NCBI RefSeq assembly: GCF_006345805.1
Contig: NC_043019.1
Span: 32,425,360-32,489,359, forward strand
Source of the DNA: Octopus sinensis
Taxonomy: Eukaryota
Length of the DNA: 64,000 nt
Direction of reading: 5' to 3'
In this document: positions 21,811-36,154 of the stretch, one piece after another
Position numbering within the stretch: position 1 is the stretch's first letter
Layout of the letters: each line of letters starts with the position of its first letter
Program-made: the position numbers and the translations under genes
The notes under the pieces: model-generated
The model's database searches: none
The model's input: only the letters and a program-made list of their open reading frames with translations
What the model was told of the DNA's origin: nothing

Positions 21811-22267
21811 TTAACCCTTTCAATACCAACCTGGCTGAAGCAGCCTCTAGCCCTGTGGTACAAATGTCTTGTTTTCAAAAGTTTTGAATTAAAATCTTCC
21901 ACCAAACCTTAGTCACAATTTACATTCCTAACACTAGCTGAATGATAACTAAGTTATTTTACTAAATTCTTTGTTATATTTAAAATTAATTGAAAGAAAC
22001 ACAGAGTATCTCAACGGAAATATGTTAACGAAAAGGTTAACCCTTCAGCATTCAGATTACTCTCTGTCAAATGTAATGCTTATTTATTCACATTGTTTTG
22101 AATTAATCAAGTATTTTCTTTTTGTGTTGAGATTTTTAATGATTTCCTTGTTTATTTTCAGAATAACATTGTATGGTAAGTGTGAAAGGCTGAACATGGT
22201 CAGTCTGTACATAAAGCAGGTAGAATATTCGGGCCAGATATGGCTGGTTTAAATGCGAAAGGGTTAA
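21811..22267. mobile_element. Two abutting piggyBac-like MITEs of different families sharing a TTAA at 22037-22040
   Basis: TTAACCCTTT...AAAGGTTAA followed by TTAACCCTTC...AAAGGGTTAA; the TTAA target and CCC/GGG termini are piggyBac hallmarks. Confidence 0.85.
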
Positions 22268-23426
22268 GTCAGTGACAAGACCAGGTCAAGATGATTGGGA
22301 TGGTGACAGACACAGTGGATGACCAAGATGTCTTATTTGCTTCATCTTTTTCTCCACTTTCCACAATGTGTCACTGCAGCTACCTTCCCTCTCTGTTGAA
22401 CCATGGAGGTTTCTTCTGCAAAACCTACTGGATTCAGTCTTCACATGCACAGACAAGCAATCCCTATTATGCTTATTAATCCATAGATGGGATCCTGACA
22501 GGTGCTACTACTCAGGGTCAGAGTAGACCTGGGAACAACAGTGGCTAGGATCTCCTGAAACAGGGCCCCACAACTTGATGCAGTTTTAAGCTATAGAAAC
22601 ACCAGCACAACCTGAAGGTGCTAACTTCCATCAGATGCAGCTAAACAGAATATCTGGTGTCAGTTATAGAGTTATTTCATTTAGGGAATGGACAAACAGA
22701 GAGAAATTGAAAGACTGCCAATTATGTGAGAAAATAATGTGCGGTTGTACATTCTTATTGATACGATGACAGTTAGTCCATACATCAGTTAGCTTTCCAG
22801 AAGAACAAACATAATGGAGTGGCTAACTATGTGTGTGGCCCCTGTACTTTAAGTAAGACTTTAATATATTACTTATATAACAAAAGATATAATCAGACAT
22901 CAGATGCCATTCAACTATTGATTACTATACAAATCACCTCTTGACAATGAATTCTTTGCTAATGAGATGAAATACCGCTAAGCATTTTGCCCAGCATGCT
23001 AACGTTTCTGCCAGCTTGTCGCCATATAATACATATATATTACATGTATAATACATGACTATTATATATATATAATACATATATGATATATATATATATA
23101 TATAATGCGAAGACACACTACAGACTGTAATGGTCAATAAAACAGAAATAAAATTAAGCAAATTTATTGCCTCTTTGCAGTCCAGAACCAAATGGTCCAT
23201 GGCCCTGCACTGGTCTATGGTGCTGTGGTTGAGGACCCTGTCTGTTTGATCAGTGCTACCCTGAAGTTAATCAATAATAACAACAGCTCCTAATAAAAGA
23301 TGTTTCTGTCAACATCAAAGAACACAACTCTACTACTACTACCATTATGAATAATTACTTACTTTGGTTTCTCTATCACTACCATTATGAATAATTACTA
23401 TCACTACCATTACGAATAATTACTTA

Positions 23427-23567
<141 letters not shown>

Positions 23568-24819
23568 TTACATTGGATAAACATTGTGGAAATTCAGTGG
23601 GGGTTGGGTAACACTGGAGATAGGTAATGTTGGAGGTGAGTAAAACAAAATCAAATTACACGAACGTATGTAAACAGGAGATACAAATATTAGAGGAATC
23701 CCCCCCCCTCACACTAACTAAACATAGACGCACATAGAGATATACGCATGCGCAAATGAAGACACATACAATAGAAATACAAAGTGGCGGACGGCCAGTA
23801 AGGAGAGACACACAGGAGTGTGACGAAAGAACTCTGGCCAAAATAAGATTAAGATTAATGTAAAAAATAAATAACACTGAAGCAAAGTAACACCAAATAT
23901 ATAGTGCGTGTGTTTTTTTGGCTAAACTGGCAAAATGACCATTCCGAAATACAACAATATACATATATAGATATAGATATAGATATATATATGTATGTAT
24001 GTATTTGTGTGTCTATGTTAATCCCCCACACCATCGCTTGACAACCGTAGTTGGTTTGTTTACTTCCCTGTAAATTAGCAGTTCAGCAAAAGAGACTGCT
24101 AGTATAAGTACGATTTGTTCGACTAAAGACAGTGCTCCAGCATGGCCGCAGTCGAATGAGTGAAACAAGTAAAAGAATAAAAGAATATATGTATATATAT
24201 GTAAATGTACTTGTGAACATGTATGTGTATGTGTGTGTGTGTCTGTGTCTGTGTAAGTGCATGTGTGTGTGTGTCTACATATGTGTGTGACAGAGAGAGA
24301 GAGAGAGAGAGACAGGCAGACAGAGACAGAAAAAAAAATGAAGACACACAAGATGCAAGATATAAAGAAAAAGAAACAAGGGAGGATTGTCACTCCCTCT
24401 CTTTGTCTTCCCCCCCTCTCTCTCTCTCTCTTCCTCGCTTTCTCTCTCTCTCTTTCTGTCTCTCTCTCTCTTTCTGTCTCTCTCTCTCTCTCTCGTCCTC
24501 CTTTCTCTCTCCATACATGCTGGAGCATGTAATATGACACCAATATGAGACAGTACTAGGTTTCTAAGCTAGGGTTGCTGTGTAACATGATAGGTCTACC
24601 CAATGCTAAGAAGAAGAAGAAGAAGGAGAAGAAGAAGAAGAAGTAGAGTGGGAGGGAGGGAAGAGGAGAAGAAAGGTGTGGTGGTGGTGGTGGGGGCGGT
24701 GTGGGGAGGAGGAGACAGCTCTACTGTTTATTGCTGCTATTCTGTAAGGAATTTAATTCCACTGCAGACTGAGAAATATATAAAGATATTAGTAGTCTTG
24801 GCATGAGATATGGAGCTAA

Positions 24820-25200
24820 ATAATGGTGGTGGTGGTGGTGGCGGCGGCGGTGGTGGTGGTGGTGGTGATGATGGCGGCGGTGGTGGTGGTGGTGGTGGCA
24901 GTAGAGGTAGTAATAGCAGTAGTAGCAGTTGTAGTGATAGTAGTGGTAGTGGTGGTGGTGATGATGGTGGTAGTAATAGTAGTAGTAATAATAGTAGTAA
25001 CAGTAGTAGCAGTAGTAGTTGTGGTGGTGGTGGTGGTGGTGGTGATAGTGGTTGTGGTGGTAGTGGTGTTGATGGTGATAGTGCTGGTGGTTGTTTTGTG
25101 GTAATAGTAATGTTGGAGGTTATAGTAGTAGTAGCAGTAGTGGTGGTGGTGGTAGTGTTGGTGGTAACTGTGGTAGTATTATTAGTTGGTATTAGTGATG
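24820..25200. repeat. Compound (GGT)n/(AGT)n microsatellite
   Basis: Direct reading. Confidence 0.95.
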
Positions 25201-25339
25201 ATGTAGGCCATGGCACTGATGGTAGGGTTAGTTGGTACGAGGAAGGGTTGGGCTAGGGACTTTCGAAGTACATCAATGACAGGTTCAATAATAATGTAGG
25301 GAAGAATGTAAATGTAATATAATATAAAAATAATTTAAA

Positions 25340-25860
25340 TATGAAAAAGAGTACTAGAGTACAGCAAAGACAAAGAGAATACAGTTGATGTAAAAAGAGT
25401 ACAAGTGTTTCACAATGATACTGGATTGAGTACAAGAGTACAGCTCTGATATGCAACCATGTAGGTATGAAAATAGTAAGGGAGTACAATGATGCAAGTG
25501 ATGATGTAGTCGTAAAAGAATTGAGTACGAGAGTACAACACATAAATGGATTTCGTGAATGAAACAATAATGGAAGCAGTAATATGGATATAAAAAGAAT
25601 GAGTACAAGAGTATAAGACATGCATGGAGTACAAGAATTCAATGACAAAGGCAGTAATGTAGTAGATATGAAAAAGGTTAAGTTCAAGAGTACAATATAA
25701 ATGGAGTACTTGAATGGAATGATGATAAAGGCAATAATGTACAAATGAGTTCAAGAGTACAGGACATGAATGGAGTACAAGAATACCACAATGATGGAGG
25801 TAGCAATAAAAGGATTGAGTACAAGGGTACAATACATTAATGGAGTACATGAAGTACAAT
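25340..25860. repeat. Degenerate tandem repeat with a GAGTACAAGAGTACA core
   Basis: The GAGTAC motif recurs many times, often paired, through the segment. Confidence 0.75.
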
Positions 25861-26211
25861 CTTGACAGACTCAGTAATGTAGAAAGCTTGTTGACTTGTG
25901 TGTCTCACAACATGGAAAGCCAAATGTCAAAATACATTCGTTAATTACTTAACTAAAATGCTACATGTTAACTAATTAGAAAGTATTTCACAACAAACTG
26001 GTGGATTTCGAATGGAAACTGGACTAAAAAGAAGGACCAAAAGAAAGCTGATGTGATTCTGGCATCTGTCATCAAAATCTTTGCATTAACTTATTCCAAA
26101 CTCCATATATTGCTTTAGCAGAAAAAGGAAAATGACTTCATATACCTCAAAGTTGTTACATAGCTATATAATTCTCTCTGTTACAGGCAGAAAGCTTGGG
26201 ATTTATCAACC

Positions 26212-26439
26212 TTAACCCTTTAGTGTTTAAATCGGCCATATCCGGCCAAAATATTCTACCTATTTTATGTTCAAACTAGTCAGATATGGTCATTCATAGC
26301 TACCTTATTGTGTCATTTTAAAAATAAACAATCACATCATTGAAATCTCAAAGCCATGAAATGATGCAAGATTAATTTTACATGGTGTGAATACATAAGC
26401 TTTACATTTGGCAGAACAATCTGAATGCTAAAGGGTTAA
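26212..26439. mobile_element. piggyBac-like MITE; further copies at 30892-31332 (two in tandem)
   Basis: TTAACCCTTTAG...CTAAAGGGTTAA; reverse complement of 22037-22267. Confidence 0.85.
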
Positions 26440-26536
26440 AGCTCAATTGACACCTACATTATTTCCATTTCAATTTCCATTTGATATTTATTTTGATGTT
26501 GATGTACTTGACTCAATAGGTCTCCTCAAGCACAGC

Positions 26537-26607
<71 letters not shown>

Positions 26608-26615
<8 letters not shown>

Positions 26616-26798
26616 TTACGAAAAAAAAACAAAAGTTGAAGACAGGTGGTGTACGAAACAAACAGATGTATTAGTATAACGTTCAGGAATAGAAAAAGTC
26701 TTTTACGTTTCGAGCCTATGCTCTTCTACAGAAAGGGGCACAGAAAAAACAAGGAGAGAAAAAAAATGTGTGTAGTGGCTAACGATCTATCATGGCGA

Positions 26799-26800
<2 letters not shown>
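26608..26800 (-). mobile_element. Short Penelope-like element, copy 2, with a hammerhead-like motif (A6U core) at 26700-26735
   Basis: Minus strand: CUUU-CUGUAGA-A-GAGC-AUAG-GCUC-GAAA-CG-UA-AAAG; lies between (TA)n(GA)n and (TA)n. Confidence 0.7.
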
Positions 26801-26836
<36 letters not shown>

Positions 26837-28100
26837 GTGAACATTGTAAGAAAATCAGTAGGAGCTTTGATTTCTATAGAAAATCTTGCAGAGATAGCCT
26901 GAACTAGGAAACCTTAACCAGCATGTTAATGGTTCTGCCAGTTCTATTCCTTATGTATGTCTATTGTAATAAAAACAACAGTTACCCTCTTCAGCTTAAT
27001 TATGTCTTTAACTTACACACTCACTACAAGATTCTGAAGTGGGAGAGTTAAATATTACAAGAGAACTTGTGTAATTACATATAATGAAATTTATATTGGG
27101 ATCTTGTATTACATTGCTACCGTTCAAATACACACATACATAGATGCACAAAAACACACACATACACATACACACACACAAACAACATACTTACATACGC
27201 ACATGCATACATGCTTGCACACTTACGAAACTAGAAACATTTAGAGACGCACACGCACATGAACAGATGACAATTTCAGATGATTTTGAAAAGTGGTAAA
27301 TTATGGTTAGGATTTCTCCTGGAATATTATTCTGAGTGAGGGTTAACAAGTTAATTAATTATTCAATTTGATTGCATTCTTTACAATGCATACAGACAGG
27401 CACACACACACACATGTATGTAAATATAGTTTTATATATATACACATGCATATGTGCTTGCCTCTCTAATTCTCTCTCTCTCTCTCTTTCTCCCTATATA
27501 TAAATATATATATATCATCATATCATCATCATCATTTAGCGTCCGCTTTCCATGCTACATGGGTTGGACGGTTCAACTGGGGTCTGTGAAGCCAAAGCTG
27601 CATCAGGCCCATCTGATCGGGCAGTGTTCTCATGGCTGATGCCCTTCCAACCCACCACTCCGTGTGAGTGTAGTGGGTGCTTTTTACGTGCCACCCGCAA
27701 CAGGTGCCTGATGGGAGCTGGCAAACGGCGACGGACAGATGGTGCTTTTTATGTGCATGTACAAGAGTAATCCATAAATGCGAAACAAGGTGAAAAAAAA
27801 ATAGTACTCGAATACCAGTGGCAGAATTATGCTTTATTCAAAAGCATACAAAATATCACAATAACTGTTCCTCAGATTTCAACGTTCCCTATCGTCGAAC
27901 AGTTTTGTTAACAATGAACGGGAACTGGACAACTCTAGTAACATTTTCATGATATTTTTTTGCTGCTTTTAATAAAGTATTATATGTATATATATATATA
28001 TGTTGTTGTGTGTGTTGTGTGTGTGTGTGTATCTATATATTTTATATATACATATACATATATTTGTGAATTCTTCCCCTATATATATATTATATATTAT

Positions 28101-28138
<38 letters not shown>

Positions 28139-29114
28139 ACAAACATACCACACACACATAAGTGTACTTTTTTTTATATGCATATATATGTATGGCATAT
28201 GAATATACATATGCACACACATAATACATGCATATTTATGTATCTTTCTATCTCTCTCTCTCTCTCTCCCTACACACACACACACTCATACACAGAGTAA
28301 ATGTTTCTCCTTCTGTCTACCAAATCCACTCAAAAGACTTTGATCTGGGACTATAGAAAAGGACTCTAGTCTACATACATACATATACACAGCAACATTA
28401 TTGTTTAATGTCTGCCTTCCATGCTGGCATGGGTGGGCCAGTTTCAGAAGAGCCAGCCAGGCAGAAGCCTACACCAGCTTCTGTGACTGTTTTGGCAGGA
28501 TTTTTACAGCTGGATGCCCTTCCTAACACCAACAATTCAGCAGAGTGGACTTTGTGCTTTATAACAATTAATTTTTTAATTGTAAGGATAATATTGCCCA
28601 ATTTTTCCACTGTTTTAACAGCGATACTATTTGAAATATCACCTTCTTGTCCATATTGTACGATACACATTCGGCACTTCTAAAAAACAAGTTTGTTTAT
28701 ATACACACGAAGTTGTTAAATATATATATACATACATATATATATTAAAGATGATAAATAAATAAAAGTCTTTACATATTTTAAAATTTTATTGGAGCAA
28801 ACTTGGCTTACAACTTACAGGAAAAATTATTTAATGACGATTATTTATATCTTGTCTTGTATATCACTCTCTGTAAAAATTAATACAAGTGCTGCACAAC
28901 CACGGATTTACAATATAGAATGGCGATGAACCATAACTTTGGACTCTGCCACAAGAATACAGGGAGTTCTTGACTAATCTGAACAATATCGTTAGCCTGG
29001 TGTACTAACAGAGAGCTTATGAAGTATTTTGCTCAGATTGATAATCCTTCACATGAGTAAAATAGACCCCCTTCAATGACGAAATGATTATAGGTTTGTA
29101 CCGAGAAAGTTCCC

Positions 29115-29370
29115 CTCTGAGGAACAAGTCAGGGTGAGTTTGTTTATGGAAGACCAGCAGCCACCCATGCATACCAGCCTCCGCTCTCCATGCCGCCGAT
29201 GTTATCCAAGGGAAAGGCAAAGACCAATACAACTCATTTCTACAGCTGAGTGAACTGGAGCAATGTGAAATAAAGAGTCTTGCTCAAGAACACAACTCAC
29301 AGCTTGGTCAGCGAATCAAACTCACTACCTCATAATTGTGAGCCGCCGTTATAATCAATGAGCCATGGGA
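29115..29370 (-). mobile_element. tRNA-derived SINE, degenerate
   Basis: Contains the CAGCTGAGTGAACTGGAGCAATGTGAAATAAAG..TCTTGCTCAAG core, also seen at ~21458-21500 and ~38456-38495. Confidence 0.6.
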
Positions 29371-29800
29371 GTCATCCCTCACAAATAACTACATATACAT
29401 ATATGTACACACATACACACACACACACATATATATACATGACAGATCTGACTCAGAGTTCATTTTGTGTGTGGATTTGGTGCCTCCATCTATACATACC
29501 TACAATATACTACCAACACATGATACCTCATAATTGTTTTACTTCACTGTGAACTCACTGTTATGGTACCCAGTCAGTCCTGGCATCCTACAGGTTGATG
29601 CACTTAGATTCTAATGAATCCTGTAATTAATCCCTCCTTCTCTCTCTCTCCATATATATATATATATATATACATACATATATACATATTCATATATATA
29701 TAGATATAGATATATACACACATACATACACATATGTACACAGACACACACACATATCTGTGCATGTATATGTATGTATGTATGTATGTGCGTACGTATG

Positions 29801-29844
<44 letters not shown>

Positions 29845-32800
29845 AACACAGACACATGGACACATGTGTACACACACGCACACACACACACACACATATA
29901 TGTACATATATATACATGTGCACACACATTCATTTAGAGAAAAATACATATGCATGTATATACCCTTCTCACTCTTGCAGATACATACACACACACACAT
30001 GCATATATACATACATACACACACACATGTATAATTTATTTTTTTCATGTGACTCTACACATTGCTGTGTGTATTTTAAAATGTCACTAGTCCAGATAAA
30101 TGCAACAGAATGAAGAATGTGGCTTGTATTTCATATCAGAGCACCCTCAACCCTCCTTGTCCTCCCCTCCAAGCAACATAAGCTGGTGGGGTGGGGGATG
30201 GATGAGGAGACAGAAGACAAAAGACTAGAGACAAAAATGGTTTAGAAGAAATTTAAAGGTTAAGAAATTCCATTTATAGAATTTTTAATAGCTGTTTTTA
30301 TTTTTTATATTTTGTCTGTTGGTTTTTATTTTCTTTTTGTCTGTTTGGGTTTGCCAAGAATAGTCGAACTAAACAAATCTTATACATATGTATACAAATA
30401 CTACGAGGGGAACCTTTATATGGCCATAAGTCATGCTAGAAATAGCAACCAAATCTCCAACCGACTATCTTTAGAATGGAATGGTGCACGGGATGATTCT
30501 GGATAGAATGTGATTGTAAACAAAAACCAAGCAATAGAAAAAGATAGGATAGCCAAGGCTGGAAGGTCTTTTAGGTCTGTTTAGTCAGATTTGATCTGGA
30601 GCTAAACAACAACTGCTATTAGATATATGTATATATATATGTATATATGTATTTATGTGTGTATATGTTTGTGTGTCTGTGTTTGTTCCCTCAATATCGC
30701 TTGACAACCGATGCTGGTGTGTTTATGTCCCCGTAACTTAGCAGTTCGGCAAAAGAGACCAATAGAATAAGTACTAGGCTTACAAAGAATAAGTCCTGGG
30801 GTCGATTTGCTCGACAAAAGGCGGTGCTCCAGCATGGCCGCAGTCAAATGACTGAAACAAGTAAAGAGATAAAGTAAGAGTCTACACTGTTTCAACCCTT
30901 TAGCGTTGAGATTACTCTGTCAAATGTAATATTTATTTATTCTCATTGTTTTGAATTAGTCCTGCTTTATCTCACAGCCCTGAGAAATTCAGAATGTGAT
31001 TGTGAATCTTTAGAATGACATTGTAGGATAGGTGTGAGAGGCTGGATTTGACCAGGTTTTAGCATAAAACAGGAAGACTATCTGGGCTGGATATAGCTGG
31101 TTTAATTAACCCTTTTAGCATTCAGATTAACTCTGCCAAATGTAAAGCTTATCTATTGTTTTGAATTAATCATGTATTATCTCTTGTAGCTTTGACATTT
31201 GGATGATGTGATCGCTTATTTGTTAGAATGACATTGTAGGGTAGGTGTAAGAGGCTGGATTGGGTCATTTTTAACATAGAACACGTAGAATATTTGAGCT
31301 GGATATGGCTGGTTTAAATGTCAGAAGGTTAAAAATCCATAAAGGTGGGAAGATAGATGGATGGAGAGATGAATAGGTAGAGAGCTAGCCAGATAGAGAG
31401 ACAATGAGGGACATAAACAAACCAACACCAGTTGTCAAGTAGTGGTGGGAGACAAAGACAAAAACACATATACATACACATATGCATGTAAACACACTCA
31501 CCCAGCCCCTCACATATGCACAAACGCACACACACGTGTGCACACAAACACATACACATGCACACACACAAACACACACATGCATACACATGTACACACA
31601 CATGCACACACATGTACACACACATGCACACACACACAAACATGTACACACAAATGTGCACAAACACACACACATACATGCACACACGTGCACATGTATA
31701 CGACGAGCTTCTTTCAGTTTCCATCTACCAAATCCACTCACAAGGCTTTGGTCGGCCCGAGGCTATAGTAGAAGACACTTGCCCAAGGTGCCACACAGTG
31801 GGACCGAACCCAGAAACATGTGGCTGGTAAGCAAGATACTTACCACACAGCCACTAATTATTCAAAATGCCTAGTGATATTTTGTCCATCTTTACATTCT
31901 GAGTTCAAATTCTGCTGAGGTCGACTTTGCCTTTCATCCTTTCGGAGCACTTGGGTCAATGCAACTGACTTGCTTCCCTTTTCCCTTGCTTGCCCCTTTC
32001 CCAAAAATCGCTGGCCTTGTGATTTGGGGCAAGAAGTAGCATTGTAGCCAAGTGGCAAGCTACATGGGGACTCATCCTGGCGGCACTCTAATTAAATGTA
32101 TGTGAAGTAATATATTGCACAGCACAGGTGTGTTGTTGACAAGAGTTGTCCTGTACCAAGAGGTATGTCATAGTATTAAGGTGTGTCATGCAGGTAACAG
32201 ATAAAGACATATTACTGACACTTTATATCATTTTAGACAGGTAAAGGTTACAGCAACAACAATCACAACAACAATAATTTCTTTTTGTTTATTTTTTATT
32301 TTTTTCTTCTTTCTTTTTTCTCTGTCTTTCTTCCCCTTTTTTTCCCTACAGCATGACTTTGTAAATGAACAATCTGGCATGCTTATTTTAATGGTCTACC
32401 ACTGAGTTTCTTTGCCCTAGGTGTTGGGAAGACACTCAGCAAGAAATGGAAATAAAATTGAAAGAACAGGATAATGATAATAATAATAATAACGGTTTCA
32501 AATTTTGCAGCAAGGCCAACAATTTTGGGGAAGAGGGGAAGGGAGTCGGTTACATCGCCTGCAGTGCTCAACTGGTACTTATTTTATTGATCCTGGAAGG
32601 ATGAAAGGCAAAAGCCGAACTCACTGGAATTTGAACTCAGAACATAAAGATCACCAAAATACCACAAGGCATTTTGGATAATAATAAGAATGACAATGAC
32701 AATAACAGGAGAGACATCTGAAGAAAAAAAATAGGGCATAGGCTTAAAAAAAACAAAATCCCTTGTTGATGATAATAAGGGGACAGAGGGTAATGAGAAA

Positions 32801-32998
32801 CACAAAACCTTCAGGTAATGTTTTAGATAGCATTCTTTGACCCATATGAATACCTGGTTTTGAAGGAGTCCTCCACCCCCCTCTGCACCAGCACCACCAC
32901 CACCACACCAGCACCAGCACAACCACCAACATCATCATCATCACTACCATGCTCATGTAGCCATTCTCTTCCTCCTCCTCCTCATCATATCATCAAGT

Positions 32999-33069
32999 TT
33001 AAAGAAGAAGAAGAAGAAGAAAAGGAGGAGGAGGAGGAAGAAGAAGAAGAAGAAGAAGAAGAAGAAGAA

Positions 33070-33116
<47 letters not shown>

Positions 33117-33235
33117 AGAAAGAAGAATAAAAAGAAGAAGAAGAAGAAGAAGAGAAGAAGAAGAAGAAGAGGAGAGAGAGAAGAAGAAGAAGAAGAAGAA
33201 GAAGAAGAAGAAGAAGAAGAAGAAGAAGAAGAAAA
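32999..33235. repeat. (GAA)n/(GAG)n polypurine microsatellite; a similar tract lies at 41150-41380
   Basis: Direct reading. Confidence 0.95.
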
Positions 33236-33368
33236 TTTGAACCCAGAATGTAAAAATCTAGAAGAAATGTTGCTGAGCATTTTGTCCAGCATGGCAACAA
33301 CAACAACAACAACAGCAGCAGCAGCAGCAGCAAACTTGAGTCAAATCCAATAATGATTTCAGATTTAA

Positions 33369-33413
<45 letters not shown>

Positions 33414-33864
33414 CATAATAATAATAATGATAATAGTCTTTTTTTCTAGAAGTATAAGACTTGAAATTTCTTTTGTAGGAGCAAGGGCTAATTTATGAAA
33501 TTGACCCCAACTGCTTAACTGGTACATATATATATATATATATATTTAATCGACCCCAAAAGGATGAAAGGCGAGATCGACCTTGGCAGCATTTGAACTC
33601 AGAATCATGAAGAGGGACCTGGTGTGCTAACGATTCTGCCAGCTGATTGCCCTATTAGAATAATTACAAAGGAGACTAGGCTGGCTGCAAATGGAATGCC
33701 TTTGATGGTTGCATAGCTCTGATGGATAAGGGGCAAAGCAGAGTGCAAACAATAACAACAACAACAACAGCAGCAACAACAATGACAACATGAATTGAAA
33801 TCTTGCTCTCTCTCTATCTTAGTCCTTTCATTGTGTTTTAGCTGACAAAGGCAAAGAAGAAATT

Positions 33865-34830
33865 ACTACTACTGCCATCACCATCGCCACCACCACCACC
33901 ACCACCACCATCATCATCATGACAACTACCAACATCACCATCACCACCACCGACACCAGTACCACCACCACCACCACCACCACCACCACCACCACCACCA
34001 CTACCACCACCACCACCATGATGATGACAATTACCAACATCATCATCACCACCACCGACACCACTACCACTACCACTACCACCACCACCATGATGATGAC
34101 AATTACCAAAATCATCATCACCACCATAACCAAGACCACCACCACCACCACCAACCACTGACACAAACACCATCACTACCACTACCATGATGATGATGAA
34201 AATGACAACCACTGCTACTGCCACCACCATCACCGAGACCACCACCACCACTGACACAAACACTAACTTTTACCACTACCACGATGATGACAACCACTGC
34301 TGCTGCTGCTGCTGCCACCACCACCACCACCACCACCACCACCACCGACACCAATACCACTGTCGCTGCCACCACCACCACCACTACCACTACCACCACC
34401 ATGATGATGAAAATGACAACTACTGCCGCTACCACCAACACCACCATCACCACTACTGACTCAAACACCACCACATCCACCACCATGATTATGAAAATGA
34501 CAACCACCACCACCACCACCAGCATGATAACAATGACAACTACCAACATCCCCACCACCACCACCGACACCACCATCACCAATACCAATGTCGCTGCCAC
34601 CACCACCACTACCACCACCACCATCAAAACCACCACCGACTCAAACACCATCACTACCATCACCATGATGATTATGAAAATGACAACTACCACCGCTACC
34701 ACCAACACCACCATCACCACCACCACCACCACCACTACAGTTGCCACCACCACCACCACTACAGTTGCCACCACCACCACCATGATGATGACAATTACCA
34801 CCACCACCACCACTACAGTTGCCACCACCA
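33865..34830. repeat. Compound (ACC)n/(ATG)n array with higher-order units
   Basis: ACCATGATGATGA(A/C)AAT(G/T)AC(A/C)A recurs between ACC runs. Confidence 0.9.
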
Positions 34831-35497
34831 TTGCTAATAATAAAAAACGACAAGCAACATAAGCTTGTGTCAATGAAATGAAAATTGTCGAAATTCTTGC
34901 AGAAATGTTTACATTTGGAACATCTAAAGGAAAGCCTGACTCCTCTTCTAAAAGATGGAGACAAGTTTCTTTAACTGTGAGAGGAGGTTGCAAGTCCTGG
35001 TTGTTGGCTGGCTTTCAAGGAGGACCATTACGACTGACTAGATTGATAGGCACAAAAGATTGATAAAACAGACATAGAGATAGATCAAAGAGATAGATTA
35101 TCTATCAGTCTATCTGTCTGTTTGTCTGACTGTATGTCTATCTATTAGTCTGTCTGTCTGTCTATCTATCTGTCTATCTATCTATTTATCTATCTATCTC
35201 TCTGTCTGTCTGTCTGTCTGTCTGTCTATGATGTATATACACATATATATATATAAAGGCAATTATGTAAATAAACAAACATATATGTACTCAAGAAGAG
35301 TACACACACACAGACACACACATACACACTCACACACACACACATACACACACATGCACATATATAGTGAGGATGCATGGCTTAGTGGTTAAGGTGTTGC
35401 ACTCATGATCTAGGCGGTGTGTTGTGTTCTTGAGCAAATCACTTCATCTCACACACTGTCTTCGATGGAAGAGCCTATCATATACATACATACATAT

Positions 35498-35543
<46 letters not shown>

Positions 35544-35616
35544 ATATAATATATAGTATGTATGTATGTATGTATATGATAGGCTCTTCCGTCTTTCACT
35601 TATTCCTTTGCCGCAT

Positions 35617-35677
35617 TTATCACTGATGAAGGGAAGGTTCCTATGAACTAACTCTGAAATCGGGTCCGATATGATAA
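35617..35677 (+). ncRNA. Type I hammerhead ribozyme, intact core (copy 1; predicted cleavage after 35671)
   Basis: UUAUCA-CUGAUGA-AGGG-AA-GGUUC-CUAU-GAACU-AA-CUCU-GAAA-UCGG-GU-CCGA-UA-UGAUAA; all three stems pair. Confidence 0.85.
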
Positions 35678-36093
35678 TAACGGAATTTTTTAGAAATTTC
35701 TATCAGCTTTCTTCGAAATACGTGCTTGTTAGTGATAAATTACATGGTTATTGATGTTGTCTATTGTCGGCATATTTTGGCATTAGAAAATTTTTCTTTT
35801 GCTCTTACTTATAAATTGTTTATAAATTTAACCTTTAAAGGTATTTTTTAATATGCTGGCCATTGATAGAAATTTTTCGCAAAAATTTTATCCTACATTA
35901 GATGTTAATTTAATAGTATTCACTTCCAAACTCTCTCACTTTACGAGAGTTTTTAGTTCGAATCGCACGTGTCTCGCTATGAGCTGGAGAGTTTCTATTT
36001 TGGATATATTTGGGGTACTTAATTGTGCTCATGACTTAGTGCTCACTTCTTCCATGGGTATAAGTAAGTATTTCACTTATTCCTTTGCCGCAT

Positions 36094-36154
36094 TTATCAC
36101 TGATGAAGGGAAGGTTCTTATGAACTAACTCTGAAATCGGGTCCGATATGATAA
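36094..36154 (+). ncRNA. Type I hammerhead ribozyme, intact core (copy 2; predicted cleavage after 36148)
   Basis: Same as copy 1; the only change within the motif is in loop II (CUAU to UUAU). Confidence 0.85.

Noticed and set aside
28580-28680. Minus-strand segment after ttttttag reading KCRMCIVQYGQEGDISNS... as an exon
   Set aside because: No clear donor and no similarity to otoferlin or any family I recognise.
32300-32420. Strong plus-strand pyrimidine tract ending CTACAG as an acceptor
   Set aside because: No convincing donor or recognisable peptide follows; such tracts are common here.
34860-35000. Minus-strand DVPNVNI resembling otoferlin DVPLVSIF
   Set aside because: It is not followed by FKQKR.KGWWP and has no fitting splice sites; likely chance.
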